Of a stretch of 63,509 bases of DNA, positions 38,419 to 47,689 are shown piece by piece (the first letter of the stretch is position 1; every line of letters starts with the position of its first letter). The stretch is taken from NCBI GenBank assembly GCA_029838215.1, contig JALGVI010000034.1, forward strand, positions 1 through 63,509, given 5' to 3'. The translations under genes and the position numbers were made by a program. The DNA comes from Candidatus Helarchaeota archaeon (GTDB taxonomy: Archaea; Asgardarchaeota; Lokiarchaeia; Helarchaeales; RDOG01). The notes beneath the pieces were generated by a model. The model was not told where the DNA came from. It was given only the letters and a program-made list of their open reading frames with translations, and made no database searches.

Positions 38419-41400
38419 ATGGCACGATTATATCTTGCTGCTGAAGGTGATGATGACATACCTGCAGAAATCGTATTAATTTCTGAGAAGAATCTTAAGA
38501 AATTAGGGATTTCTGAGGGTGATCAGATACAATTTGAGGACGTTCCTGCCAAAATAGAAGGCAATGCTACAGTTCAAATTGCGGGAGTTTCGGACGATTC
38601 TTTAGTTGTAAATCAACAATTATATGATGATTGGTCAGATAGATCGGAATGGTTTGGAACCATTGAGGTACGTGCACTTAAAAAAGAAGAGGCTCCTAGT
38701 AAAGTATCCGTTTCCGAGCCTGTTTCGCCTGAACCTCCCGCTGCACTTCCAGTTGCAGAGCCCACACCTCCTGAACCTGAGCCGGAACCTCCCGTTACAC
38801 CTCCGGTTGCAGAGTCAAATCCTCCTGAACCGGAACCTGAACCTCCCGTTACGCCTCCGGTTACGGAACCGTTACCTCCTGAATCAGAACCTCCAGCCAC
38901 ACCAGAAGTTATACCTCCACAAGAAATGCCCTCAAAGCCCACAACACCAGGAATGCTACCATCTTCCCAGGGAACCAGCGACATTTCGTGGGCACCATCA
39001 CGTGAACATGAAAAAATCGAGCAATCTGGACTAATGGACCTCATCCCAGAAGAGGAAAAAGCAAGATTGAAAGCAGAACCGGATTCGATACCTTCATCAG
39101 TTTCAGTTTCGGAGACTCCTGTTTCAGAAGCCGATGAAGGTGGTCCTGCAGAAGGCGGTGACATTGATTTGGATTCCTTATTAGATTCCTTGATCGAACA
39201 GGATATTGGAGAAATGACAATACCGGATCAAGAAGTCGCACCTTCTGTAGAAGTCGAGGATATTAACACCATCCCTACACCAGCACCTCCAGTCTCGGTT
39301 CCGACTAAACCTGCACCACCATTAGTTGAATCTACACCAACGACACCCGCACCTTCACAACCGGCACCATCAATACCCGTCAAGCCGTCGGTCCCCACGA
39401 CTCCCGCACCTTCACAACCAGCACCGTCAATGCCCGTCAAGCCGTCGGTCCCCACGACTCCCGCACCTTCACAACCAGCACCGTCAATACCCGTCAAGCC
39501 GTCGGTCCCCACGACTCCCGCACCTTCACAACCAGCACCTTCAATACCCGTCAAGCCATCGGTCCCCACGACTCCCGCACCTTCACAACCAGCACCATCA
39601 ATACCCGTCAAGCCGTCGGTCCCCACGACTCCCGCACCTTCACAACCAGCACCATCAATACCCGTCAAGCCATCGGTCCCCACGACTCCCGCACCTTCAC
39701 AACCAGCACCTTCAATACCCGTCAAGCCAGTGACCTCATCGACAACAACAATCCCAACAAGTCAGGTTAGTTCCCAAATACCTGCTTCTGCACCACAAAC
39801 AAGCTATCCTTCTGCTCCAGCTTCCTATCCTTCAGCAGGAGTGGCTTATCCTGCAGCACCTGGAAAAGAAATTGAACGACCTGAAGAATACTTAACACTA
39901 ACAATCGAATTGCAACACGGTTTGGAAGGTAAGATTCTCGTCAGCCAGGAATCATTTAATTTTCTATGTCCAGATCCGCTGAATCCTGCGCCTGTAATTT
40001 TTGAGGATCCCCAAACAGGGAACAGGGGGGGTGCCATTCCAATTGCGGCAGCAATTCCCAATAATGTCATTCGAATGGAACCCGAAACTTATGAATCATC
40101 GGATATTACATCCTTGCAGGTAAATGTATGGTCTTCAGTTCCCAAAGAGCCCCCCATAGTAAAAACAGACCGATTAGATTTAAAGGTACGAATAACTCAC
40201 AAGGGCATTGGTAGCACGGTTGTTTTGAGTAAGAGAAACTGTCTTTCTTTAGAAGTGGAAACAGGAGATATTGTCACGTTTGAAGACGAATTAATTGGAG
40301 CATGGGGTGCAGGGTATATAAAGATGGATGAATCGGGCTCGGTTACAGATGACGTAATTGAGATAGAAAGTGAGATCTTTGAAGCCACGGGAATTGGTAG
40401 CGATGAAGTCGTTGTCAGGCGAAATGATAAAACGGTTGTTCCTCTCCAATCTTTAGAATTGGGAATTTCTCCAATCCAAGGAGACAACATGTGGGATACG
40501 ATTACTCAAGTTCGAAACAATAAAGAATCAATGAAGCAATGGTTATCTCAATTTCTCATTTTCAAGGGATTAAAACTACGGTGGACGGATGCAAATGCCG
40601 CCATCAACATTCTCTCAACGGTTCCAGACTTGAAGGGAGAGATTTTAGCAGCTCCAAAGATCACGTCGAGCTTACAATTGAAAGCAGAAGGTCTTGTCAC
40701 GTTTAATGCTATTCTAATTATAGACATTTCAGCATCCATGCTTGCACCGGACTTGTTATGCAAGAATATTGCTCCTGCAATTGAAGGCATTAAAGCCGCA
40801 ATGGATAACGAGGAAGTCACACGATTTTTAGGACGATTTCGTGAAGGCGTCAACGTTCCGAGACGACTTGGAGCAGCATTTGCAGCACTATTATTTCTGG
40901 CGGAAAAAGTTGGACGCGGCTTCGGCGAGAAGGTATCAATTATTAGATTTGCAGATGACGCAGAAATCCTTCAATTTCCGGATGCCCAGAATAATGTTCA
41001 GCCTTATTTTGATTCTGCAAGTGGAAAGCACGGCATTCTTGAAACGGCAGCCATTCAAATTGTTGATAAAATCGGAAATTATAAGGGACTTGCAACGAAC
41101 ATGTCAAAGGCTTTCATAAAGGCAAAAGAAGTACTTGACCTTTATAGAAGCATTGAAGGTGACGATGAAAAGCCCTGCATGATGATTTTGTTAACTGATG
41201 GATATCCTACCGATGAGGCAGAATTTATCAACGCAATAAATCAACATTTCATAGGAAATCCGAATTTGGTATTATACATTCTTGGAATTGGGACTACTAA
41301 CGAGAAACTAATGGTTGATATTGCTTCTAGAAGCGGTGGCGAGTTTTTCGTTCCTGATGATTTAGGCAGTCTTCTAATTTGGTATTCGAAACGTGCTCGA

Positions 41401-41457
41401 GACCTTGTAGTGAAGTTAAAAGGCGGAAGAACAGCTGGCTTCACTCGAGTATATTAA
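38419..41457 (+). CDS. Cdc48-N-like (double-psi barrel) domains, Pro-rich linker and C-terminal vWA domain
   Basis: VLISEKNLKKLGISEGDQI and VVLSKRNCLSLEVETGDIV resemble Cdc48-N barrels; complete MIDAS (IIDISASM, ATNM, LLTDG); no Walker motifs. Confidence 0.78.
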   Translation: MARLYLAAEGDDDIPAEIVLISEKNLKKLGISEGDQIQFEDVPAKIEGNATVQIAGVSDDSLVVNQQLYDDWSDRSEWFGTIEVRALKKEEAPSKVSVSEPVSPEPPAALPVAEPTPPEPEPEPPVTPPVAESNPPEPEPEPPVTPPVTEPLPPESEPPATPEVIPPQEMPSKPTTPGMLPSSQGTSDISWAPSREHEKIEQSGLMDLIPEEEKARLKAEPDSIPSSVSVSETPVSEADEGGPAEGGDIDLDSLLDSLIEQDIGEMTIPDQEVAPSVEVEDINTIPTPAPPVSVPTKPAPPLVESTPTTPAPSQPAPSIPVKPSVPTTPAPSQPAPSMPVKPSVPTTPAPSQPAPSIPVKPSVPTTPAPSQPAPSIPVKPSVPTTPAPSQPAPSIPVKPSVPTTPAPSQPAPSIPVKPSVPTTPAPSQPAPSIPVKPVTSSTTTIPTSQVSSQIPASAPQTSYPSAPASYPSAGVAYPAAPGKEIERPEEYLTLTIELQHGLEGKILVSQESFNFLCPDPLNPAPVIFEDPQTGNRGGAIPIAAAIPNNVIRMEPETYESSDITSLQVNVWSSVPKEPPIVKTDRLDLKVRITHKGIGSTVVLSKRNCLSLEVETGDIVTFEDELIGAWGAGYIKMDESGSVTDDVIEIESEIFEATGIGSDEVVVRRNDKTVVPLQSLELGISPIQGDNMWDTITQVRNNKESMKQWLSQFLIFKGLKLRWTDANAAINILSTVPDLKGEILAAPKITSSLQLKAEGLVTFNAILIIDISASMLAPDLLCKNIAPAIEGIKAAMDNEEVTRFLGRFREGVNVPRRLGAAFAALLFLAEKVGRGFGEKVSIIRFADDAEILQFPDAQNNVQPYFDSASGKHGILETAAIQIVDKIGNYKGLATNMSKAFIKAKEVLDLYRSIEGDDEKPCMMILLTDGYPTDEAEFINAINQHFIGNPNLVLYILGIGTTNEKLMVDIASRSGGEFFVPDDLGSLLIWYSKRARDLVVKLKGGRTAGFTRVY
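38746..38900 (+). repeat. In-frame 54-bp (18-aa) imperfect repeat, about 2.5 copies
   Basis: PVAEPTPPEPEPEPPVTP / PVAESNPPEPEPEPPVTP / PVTEPLPPESEPP. Confidence 0.8.
39337..39729 (+). repeat. In-frame 57-bp (19-aa) tandem repeat, 6 full plus 2 partial units
   Basis: CCCGTCAAGC starts at 39376, 39433, 39490, 39547, 39604, 39661 and 39718; unit PVKPSVPTTPAPSQPAPSI. Confidence 0.97.
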
Positions 41458-41631
41458 TTTTTAAACAAAAATCTTTTTTTATTTTGACTGATGATGATTT
41501 TCCAATAATCTCAAAGTTGATTTTAATAAAAAAACGCTCTTTTCAAATCACTTAAAAAAAATCAAAAACATAAATATAAACGAATCAAGATCTGTGATCT
41601 CCTGCTAATTTAAATCAAGGAAAGTCGCAAG

Positions 41632-42864
41632 ATGGTACAAGACCCTCAAACTCCAACAGTTCAGGAACCGCCTCCGCCAGAAATTCCTGCCGCACAAGTC
41701 TTTTTAGAAAGTGTTCCAGAAAAGATACTGATTAAGGGAAAAGAATATACCTTGAGGGTTAAAATATTAAACATAACTGATGCGAATATTGACGTCTTCA
41801 TCAAATATCGAATTAATGGATTCAAAATTCTCAGTGTATCTCATCCTGCGGGTTCTGGACAAAAGGTGTCAATTGAGCCGTTAAGCTCTATAATGTATGA
41901 CATCAATTTTACACCGGAAATAGAGGGACCACTTCAACTTGAAATCGAGCTTAGAGGATGGAAGAAGCTTTGGGATCCAGTAGAGCGGGAGTATGAAGTT
42001 GAATATGAAGTCGAAGTGGAATATGATGTTCCTTATGAGGTACAATATGAAGTAGAAGTCGAGGTTCCAATACCACCAGAAGAGCTTCCGCCAGTGCCTC
42101 CAACAGAAGATGGAATTCCAGCACCGCAAATACCACGAACCAGAATTGAAAAACAGATTCGCACGAGAACTGAAATCCGTAAAGAAAAACGAGTGGAAAA
42201 ACGGATTAGAATCGAAAAAAGACTTGAATATGAAGTGCGGTTTGAAGAGTTCGCCTTGCATCAAACAGCAGGTTACATGGAAGCAGTCATCTCTGGAATT
42301 GAGGAATTGGATACATTTATTACACAGGGCGATGTAAGTACGGAGATCGTAACGGATATCGGAGCTGCATTAAATTCAATAATTTTTTACTTTCCAAACA
42401 ATCAATTACCGCATGATGCGAACCTATTGCGGTCAATCAATAAGGAAATGTTTCAGAAAACGGGTAAGAACTTCCTTTACTTAAACTATGCCATTTCAAA
42501 TGAATTCACGCAAAAGGAACAAAAAATCATAAAGCAAGGAATTGACAAGTTCTTGCCACGGCTTGATAAATCGAAAAGATTACTCATCTTGAATCTGGAT
42601 TTCCTTCCAAAAATGATGAAACCGACCATTGTCATTGGTGCTTCTCCACGATCGTTTTCACTGCAGAACACGCTTGCTTCTACATTTGATGATCAACTTG
42701 ACATTATTGTAGATGGTGATGTTTTTGCAGGGGGAAATATCTACGAAGTCATTCAGCAACTAACGAGTAATCATGAAGCGGATATCGTGAATATTGCTTT
42801 ATCTGCAGATTTTATAGAAAATCATGATTTGTTTATTAAAATGATAGATCCATTTGTTCAATAG
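41632..42864 (+). CDS. Ig-like domain with inserted acidic/Pro/basic segment plus degenerate N-formylglutamate-amidohydrolase-like C-domain
   Basis: LRVKILNITD...YDINFTPEIEGPLQLEIEL is Ig-like; LNLDF..PTIVIG...FAGGNI..IVNIALS resembles the FGase fold without its metal-ligand His residues. Confidence 0.55.
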   Translation: MVQDPQTPTVQEPPPPEIPAAQVFLESVPEKILIKGKEYTLRVKILNITDANIDVFIKYRINGFKILSVSHPAGSGQKVSIEPLSSIMYDINFTPEIEGPLQLEIELRGWKKLWDPVEREYEVEYEVEVEYDVPYEVQYEVEVEVPIPPEELPPVPPTEDGIPAPQIPRTRIEKQIRTRTEIRKEKRVEKRIRIEKRLEYEVRFEEFALHQTAGYMEAVISGIEELDTFITQGDVSTEIVTDIGAALNSIIFYFPNNQLPHDANLLRSINKEMFQKTGKNFLYLNYAISNEFTQKEQKIIKQGIDKFLPRLDKSKRLLILNLDFLPKMMKPTIVIGASPRSFSLQNTLASTFDDQLDIIVDGDVFAGGNIYEVIQQLTSNHEADIVNIALSADFIENHDLFIKMIDPFVQ

Positions 42865-42877
42865 ATGTGACCTAACA

Positions 42878-44374
42878 ATGAGTGAAGAATGGGAATTTGA
42901 TGAAAAAAACCCAAAAGAGTTAATCTTTAGTCATGGCATGGAATGCGAGCTTGCCATGCTTGATGTTAATGGACAACTTCCTTCGGGCGAAATCATGCTA
43001 CAACTTTTTAAAAAAATCGTTGAAAATGCTCACCACGCTCTTATCGAAATTTTGCAGTCAGATTATTGCCCCAAGCTCATCAAGAAAAAACTAGTAGGCA
43101 TGCCACAATTGACTTATACGGACGAGAAAGGTGATGTTGTTGTCCAAACATATCGTATTGGCGGAAAAGATGTAACGGTCGAAATTTTCGGTCGCGATGG
43201 GAATGTTGCGAGCATTACTTACATTTTAGAAGTTGTCACGCCTCCGTGCACGCACCTTGACGAACTGACTTGGTGGTTAAAAACCCTTTTTACCGTTGCT
43301 GAGCAAGTCATGGTACCTAGCAACCTATATCTTTTATCCACTGGCATTCCTTCATCAATTAAAGAATACCTTCGAGGGCTTTCTTATGCAGATCATCATC
43401 ACATGAATGCCTTTAAGGATGACCAAGAACGAAAGAAAATCTATAACATGTTTCGTAATTTCATTCCGCATTTAATCGCGTTATCTGTCAACTCCCCTTT
43501 AATTAATGGAATGCCATCAGATGATGTAAAAGTCATGGGAAACACGGCTGATCCAAAAGCCAAGTTGCGGTATGCAGCTCCGGGATGCTTACGAAGCATT
43601 CGATTGAAAAATAACGTTTCTATGTTATCTCGAAATGATCCACGTGTTTTCATCCCGTGGTTAGGACCTGAACAGGGATATAACCCAGATTATTTTTGTC
43701 AGGTGATTCAGAAGGCATCGCTAGAAGATGCGAAGTTTCAAGACCTGTTTCCCTTTACAGATTGGGGAACCATCGAATTTCGCGTGTTTGATGCACCATT
43801 ATCCATCAATAAAAGGATTGGTTTTGCAATTTTACTCCAAGCTCTTGCTTTAAAAGCGAGAAAATTATCGATCGTTCCAGACGTGGGATCAGAATGCTTG
43901 GTTACAAATCGAACGCAAGTCATCCAGCGTGGGTTATTCGGGAGTTTTCGAACTGATCAAATCCTTCAAATTGATGATGAGGAATTTCGGGAATACTACG
44001 TGGGAAACCCCCCTTACAAATATGCATTTCAGGCAATTCAGGGACTATTAAAATACATCACGCCAGAACTCAAGGAAATGAAATACATAAATAAAAAACT
44101 TTACAAGAAATCGGGCGGTATCTCACCATTTTTGATTCCAATATTCCTTTCGGTATTTGGTGACGTTGATCTTGCAATGGCACCGTTTGGAGATTCTGAA
44201 TTCCAATTGCTTCTCTATAACCATTTCCAGAAAAAGAATCCGGGCGTGCCTCCCGGACCCCAAATACTTCAGAATTTGATAAAACTCACGTTTAAGGCTT
44301 CAAAAGATCCATTTTTCAATCCAATTGGTGGAGAGCTGAATTTTAAGAAATCAATGAAATGGTTAAAGGTTTAG
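42878..44374 (+). CDS. Glutamate-cysteine ligase family 2 (GCS2/YbdK-like carboxylate-amine ligase)
   Basis: GMECE, LEVVTPP, DHHHM, ALSVNSP and WGTIEFRVFD motifs; start taken at MSEEWEF (track start 42854). Confidence 0.85.
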   Translation: MSEEWEFDEKNPKELIFSHGMECELAMLDVNGQLPSGEIMLQLFKKIVENAHHALIEILQSDYCPKLIKKKLVGMPQLTYTDEKGDVVVQTYRIGGKDVTVEIFGRDGNVASITYILEVVTPPCTHLDELTWWLKTLFTVAEQVMVPSNLYLLSTGIPSSIKEYLRGLSYADHHHMNAFKDDQERKKIYNMFRNFIPHLIALSVNSPLINGMPSDDVKVMGNTADPKAKLRYAAPGCLRSIRLKNNVSMLSRNDPRVFIPWLGPEQGYNPDYFCQVIQKASLEDAKFQDLFPFTDWGTIEFRVFDAPLSINKRIGFAILLQALALKARKLSIVPDVGSECLVTNRTQVIQRGLFGSFRTDQILQIDDEEFREYYVGNPPYKYAFQAIQGLLKYITPELKEMKYINKKLYKKSGGISPFLIPIFLSVFGDVDLAMAPFGDSEFQLLLYNHFQKKNPGVPPGPQILQNLIKLTFKASKDPFFNPIGGELNFKKSMKWLKV

Positions 44375-44390
44375 AAAATCGCATTCGAGA

Positions 44391-45923
44391 TTGACTCCAA
44401 TGATAATATCAGAGATTTATAATGCCCAGACGAAACAGCTCATCGAAAGAAGAAATATTCTCATAATTGACGGGCATTCGCACATGGGAAGTGACGAAGA
44501 CGGTCAAAAGATGATGAATCCGCTAGCACCAGGCGGTACGTATGATTTTTATGCACGTTTTCAGGCTAAATTAAAGCAAAAAATGCAAGCAGAACAATTC
44601 TCATATCAGGTTAATAATATCATTTACAGCTTTCGCATTGCGCCATTTCCATATACTCATGCTATCTTTCAGAAGATGGCCCATATTTGTCAATGTGGAA
44701 AACACAAGCAGATGTTCCAGAGCATGAATAATTCGTGGCTTGTTGACCAAGGAGTTGTATTTCCCTTCCATGATGTCTTTCGAGATAAACGACCTGAGGC
44801 ACTTTTTAGAGCTTCGAATTATAATATAGCTCGGAATACAACGACTTTTCCAAATTCTCTTCGATTAATTGGATACGGAAGATGTGATCCTCAAGAAAAA
44901 GAGAAAGCCGTAAACGAAGTCAAGTTTGGCGCAGAGGTATTGGGACTTCGTGGATGGAAATTACACCCACGTAGCGAGTTGTGGCTTGATAAGGTCCAAG
45001 AACCCTTCGTGATAGATGTATTGATTGAGTTGGCGAAACATTCCATGCCCGTGCTTTTCGACACGCGGGGTAAAAAATCCATTTTTGATATCTGGGAAGC
45101 CATCAAGTTGACGAGAAAGGCATTAGAACGCATCAACAAGGATTTGGTTCCCCACTTGAAGGTAATCATAGGGCATTGCGCCGCAGGAAACATCGGAGAT
45201 GAGAATATTTATGAGGTCATTGCAGATCCGAATTCTATTGGCGAAATTTCCATGATGCACGGAGGAGCATGTTCGCAATTTTACTTGGGATTCATGAATT
45301 GGTATAAACAGCGGTATCCAAACGCTCGGAGATGGAGTACACACCTGATTTTTGGCTCAGATTATCCATACTTCTTCGAGAAGCATGCCGCTGATAACTT
45401 GTTTTACTTGATGAGTCCCCAATTCATGCAAAATGGTGGGACTTTAGACGACTTTCAGAACATAATGGGTCTTAATGAGATCCGTCTTTTACCAGAATAT
45501 GGCTTTCAACAGGTTCAGGAAACGGATTTTCCGAAAGCAAGATCGGTACTTTTCTCGCAAGTAAATGATGTATCCAGCTTGGAAATGGCAGGAGAATCAC
45601 TTGCTGCTTTAGTAGAATATAATTTGGTTGACATTCGAAAAATCTTATATATTTTTCAAGGAGATTACAAGAATTTTGGAAACAACATCTTGATTGAAGT
45701 AAGTCCCAAAAAGGATGCCAAAATACGGTCCAAAATACTCGCCCTTAATTTCATTAGTAATGCTGTTAAACTACTTAAAGTCCTCAGAAAAGGAGACACG
45801 TTCCGACCATTGGGAGGCTATAAATTCTTCAATTACGATGACAAGCAATTTTTAATGCAAGATGCAAACCTGTGCGAAGCAGCAGTTAATGCTTTCCACG
45901 TTTTAAAGGAAGCATATCAATAA
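44391..45923 (+). CDS. Metal-dependent amidohydrolase (TIM barrel, amidohydro_2-like) with C-terminal extension
   Basis: IIDGHSH, GWKLHP, VIIGH and IFGSDYP motifs. Confidence 0.88.
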   Translation: MTPMIISEIYNAQTKQLIERRNILIIDGHSHMGSDEDGQKMMNPLAPGGTYDFYARFQAKLKQKMQAEQFSYQVNNIIYSFRIAPFPYTHAIFQKMAHICQCGKHKQMFQSMNNSWLVDQGVVFPFHDVFRDKRPEALFRASNYNIARNTTTFPNSLRLIGYGRCDPQEKEKAVNEVKFGAEVLGLRGWKLHPRSELWLDKVQEPFVIDVLIELAKHSMPVLFDTRGKKSIFDIWEAIKLTRKALERINKDLVPHLKVIIGHCAAGNIGDENIYEVIADPNSIGEISMMHGGACSQFYLGFMNWYKQRYPNARRWSTHLIFGSDYPYFFEKHAADNLFYLMSPQFMQNGGTLDDFQNIMGLNEIRLLPEYGFQQVQETDFPKARSVLFSQVNDVSSLEMAGESLAALVEYNLVDIRKILYIFQGDYKNFGNNILIEVSPKKDAKIRSKILALNFISNAVKLLKVLRKGDTFRPLGGYKFFNYDDKQFLMQDANLCEAAVNAFHVLKEAYQ

Positions 45924-45946
45924 AAACTGAGAGATTATCTCGTGAA

Positions 45947-46348
45947 TCAGCGATTCAGGATTTGGTCTGGTGTGGTGTATTTATTTTTAGGAAGCCAAGC
46001 AAAATCCTTGACATTGCGCGTGACGAGAATCATGTTTCGGAGAACCGCCGTTGCTCCAATAAGACAATCTCTAAAATAAAATGAAGCTCCTTCTTTTGTA
46101 TCTTTAAAAGACATAGCCGCTTTGATTGCTCGCTCTGCAATGGATTTCGTAATGTTTTCATTTTTAATTTTTAGCTCTTTAAGCACTTCCAAGAATAAAT
46201 TCCATTTTTGCCTGACATAATATATGTAGCCTAACTCCAAATAGATAATACTATTAATAAAAAGTTGAATTTTAGTAGAAGTTTGATTTTTTAAATGGGA
46301 AAGTAATTGCTTTTCGTTAAAAACGCAAGTATCAAGTAATAGTTTCAC
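45947..46348 (-). CDS. vapC: PIN-domain (VapC) toxin
   Basis: LLLDTCV, YLEL, FRDCLIGATA, LVTRNVKDF. Confidence 0.92.
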   Translation of the reverse strand: MKLLLDTCVFNEKQLLSHLKNQTSTKIQLFINSIIYLELGYIYYVRQKWNLFLEVLKELKIKNENITKSIAERAIKAAMSFKDTKEGASFYFRDCLIGATAVLRNMILVTRNVKDFAWLPKNKYTTPDQILNR

Positions 46349-46611
46349 GATTCATTCCTCAATGCTTTATTTTGAAATGAACGTCTAGTTCCCAAAATGG
46401 TATCTTGAAATTCTTCATCCATAATAGTACAAAATTCATCTAAAAGCTCGTTAAACGAAGAATGTTCTGTGCTTTCGGCGGTTTCACGATTTTCTTGAAT
46501 TGAATGCATTATTTCCAGTAACTTTCGAATTACATCATCCATTGTTTCCCCTGGTTCTTTTAAACCATTTAATTCTTTCCAAGTATCTTCATTAACATGG
46601 ATTGAGGTCAT
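46345..46611 (-). CDS. Antitoxin (RHH-type, VapB-like)
   Basis: TSIHVNEDTWKELNGLKEPGETMDDVIRKLL; 4-bp overlap with the PIN gene. Confidence 0.85.
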   Translation of the reverse strand: MTSIHVNEDTWKELNGLKEPGETMDDVIRKLLEIMHSIQENRETAESTEHSSFNELLDEFCTIMDEEFQDTILGTRRSFQNKALRNES

Positions 46612-46889
46612 ATGATAATATTATAAAATTATAGCTTAAATTTTATTCGATTCTACGATGAAAATTGAGAGAGAAAAAACTTAGAGATACATGGTTTTAG
46701 TTCTCATAACGGGCTTCGAGCTCGATGGCAGGACCTCTTTCGGTTCTGATTTTTATCTAATGGTCTCCATATGTGATTGTCTCTATTCTTTGTTCTTGCA
46801 AATGTTCCTATTTCATTTTTTTTACTTGCATCCATGCCCATCCATGTCCGAAAATTTAAAATATCCATTATTGTGCTTTAGTATAAAAT

Positions 46890-46964
46890 GCCAGAGTAGT
46901 CTAGAGGTTAGGCGGTGGCCTGCAGAGCCACTTTACAGGGGTTCAAGTCCCTTCTCTGGCTCCA
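46890..46964 (+). tRNA. tRNA-Cys (GCA), CCA encoded, no intron
   Basis: Acceptor GCCAGAG/CTCTGGC, discriminator T, CCA; anticodon arm GTGGC-CTGCAGA-GCCAC; T-loop GGTTCAAGTCC; followed by a T run. Confidence 0.96.
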
Positions 46965-46994
46965 TTTTTTTAAAATATTAATTAGATTTGAAAA

Positions 46995-47681
46995 TTAAAG
47001 CTCGATTTTTATCCTTTTATCCAGTTCTATCTCCGTAATGCTATAATTGCAAGTGAACGCAAGGATTTCAACGCCACTTCTTGCTGCTTTTCTTAACGTC
47101 CTCCCGAATTCAGGATCGGTTTCGTCATTTGGCGAGAATTTAATCGCATCATTACGTTGAATGCAAAAAAAGATTACGGCTCGAAATCCTTTTTTTTTCG
47201 CGTCTATCAGTTCCCTAACGTGCCGACTTCCCCGTTTTGTCGGTGCATCTGGAAATCTTGCCCATCCATCCTCCACGAGTGTACATGATTTCACTTCCAT
47301 CAGGCATTTTTCGGAGTTTTCTTGCAAGAAAAAATCAATTCGGCTATTACCGAAAGAAATTTCGGGTTTAACAAGCGAATATTGCAACTCGGGAATTTTT
47401 TTACGGATAATAGAATGGTAAAGCAGCTTGTTTGGAATGTTCGAGTCAATGGAAACCAATACGGATCTATATTCCACGCCCACCAAATCAAATGCAGTTT
47501 TTCTATTGGGATTTAATGCTCGCCGTAAAAACACGTGGATTTTTGGCACGAGAAGTTCGAACATCCGTCCCGGATTCGGAATGAAGCACTGAACGTGCTT
47601 GCCTTTTACGGAAACGATGCCGAGAAACCGATTTGGACGTGAAATAAATTCACCATCAAGAAATTCCCCTTCGATTTTCAT
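46995..47681 (-). CDS. sfsA: SfsA family DNA/RNA nuclease
   Basis: RPNRF, IPNPGRM, SRIDF, MEVKSCTL, FPDAPTKRGSRH. Confidence 0.95.
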   Translation of the reverse strand: MKIEGEFLDGEFISRPNRFLGIVSVKGKHVQCFIPNPGRMFELLVPKIHVFLRRALNPNRKTAFDLVGVEYRSVLVSIDSNIPNKLLYHSIIRKKIPELQYSLVKPEISFGNSRIDFFLQENSEKCLMEVKSCTLVEDGWARFPDAPTKRGSRHVRELIDAKKKGFRAVIFFCIQRNDAIKFSPNDETDPEFGRTLRKAARSGVEILAFTCNYSITEIELDKRIKIEL

Positions 47682-47689
47682 TCATCTAG

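Noticed and set aside
39337-39729. CRISPR array
   Set aside because: Contiguous in-frame repeats with no unique spacers and no cas genes.
38613-39733. Antisense and alternate-frame ORFs with collagen-like GAG/GxG or His-rich repeats
   Set aside because: These are shadows of the Pro-rich repeats of the + strand gene.
19147-44374. Mycothiol-like thiol pathway (ino1, GT4, ligase, deacetylase)
   Set aside because: The genes are dispersed over 25 kb and no MshB or MshC homologue is recognisable.
46691-46981. 96-aa ORF in the track
   Set aside because: It runs through tRNA-Cys on the same strand and has no protein-like features.
46940-46995. Integrated element at the tRNA-Cys 3' end
   Set aside because: No duplicated tRNA 3' segment or integrase was seen; sfsA follows directly. 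My scan was by eye only.
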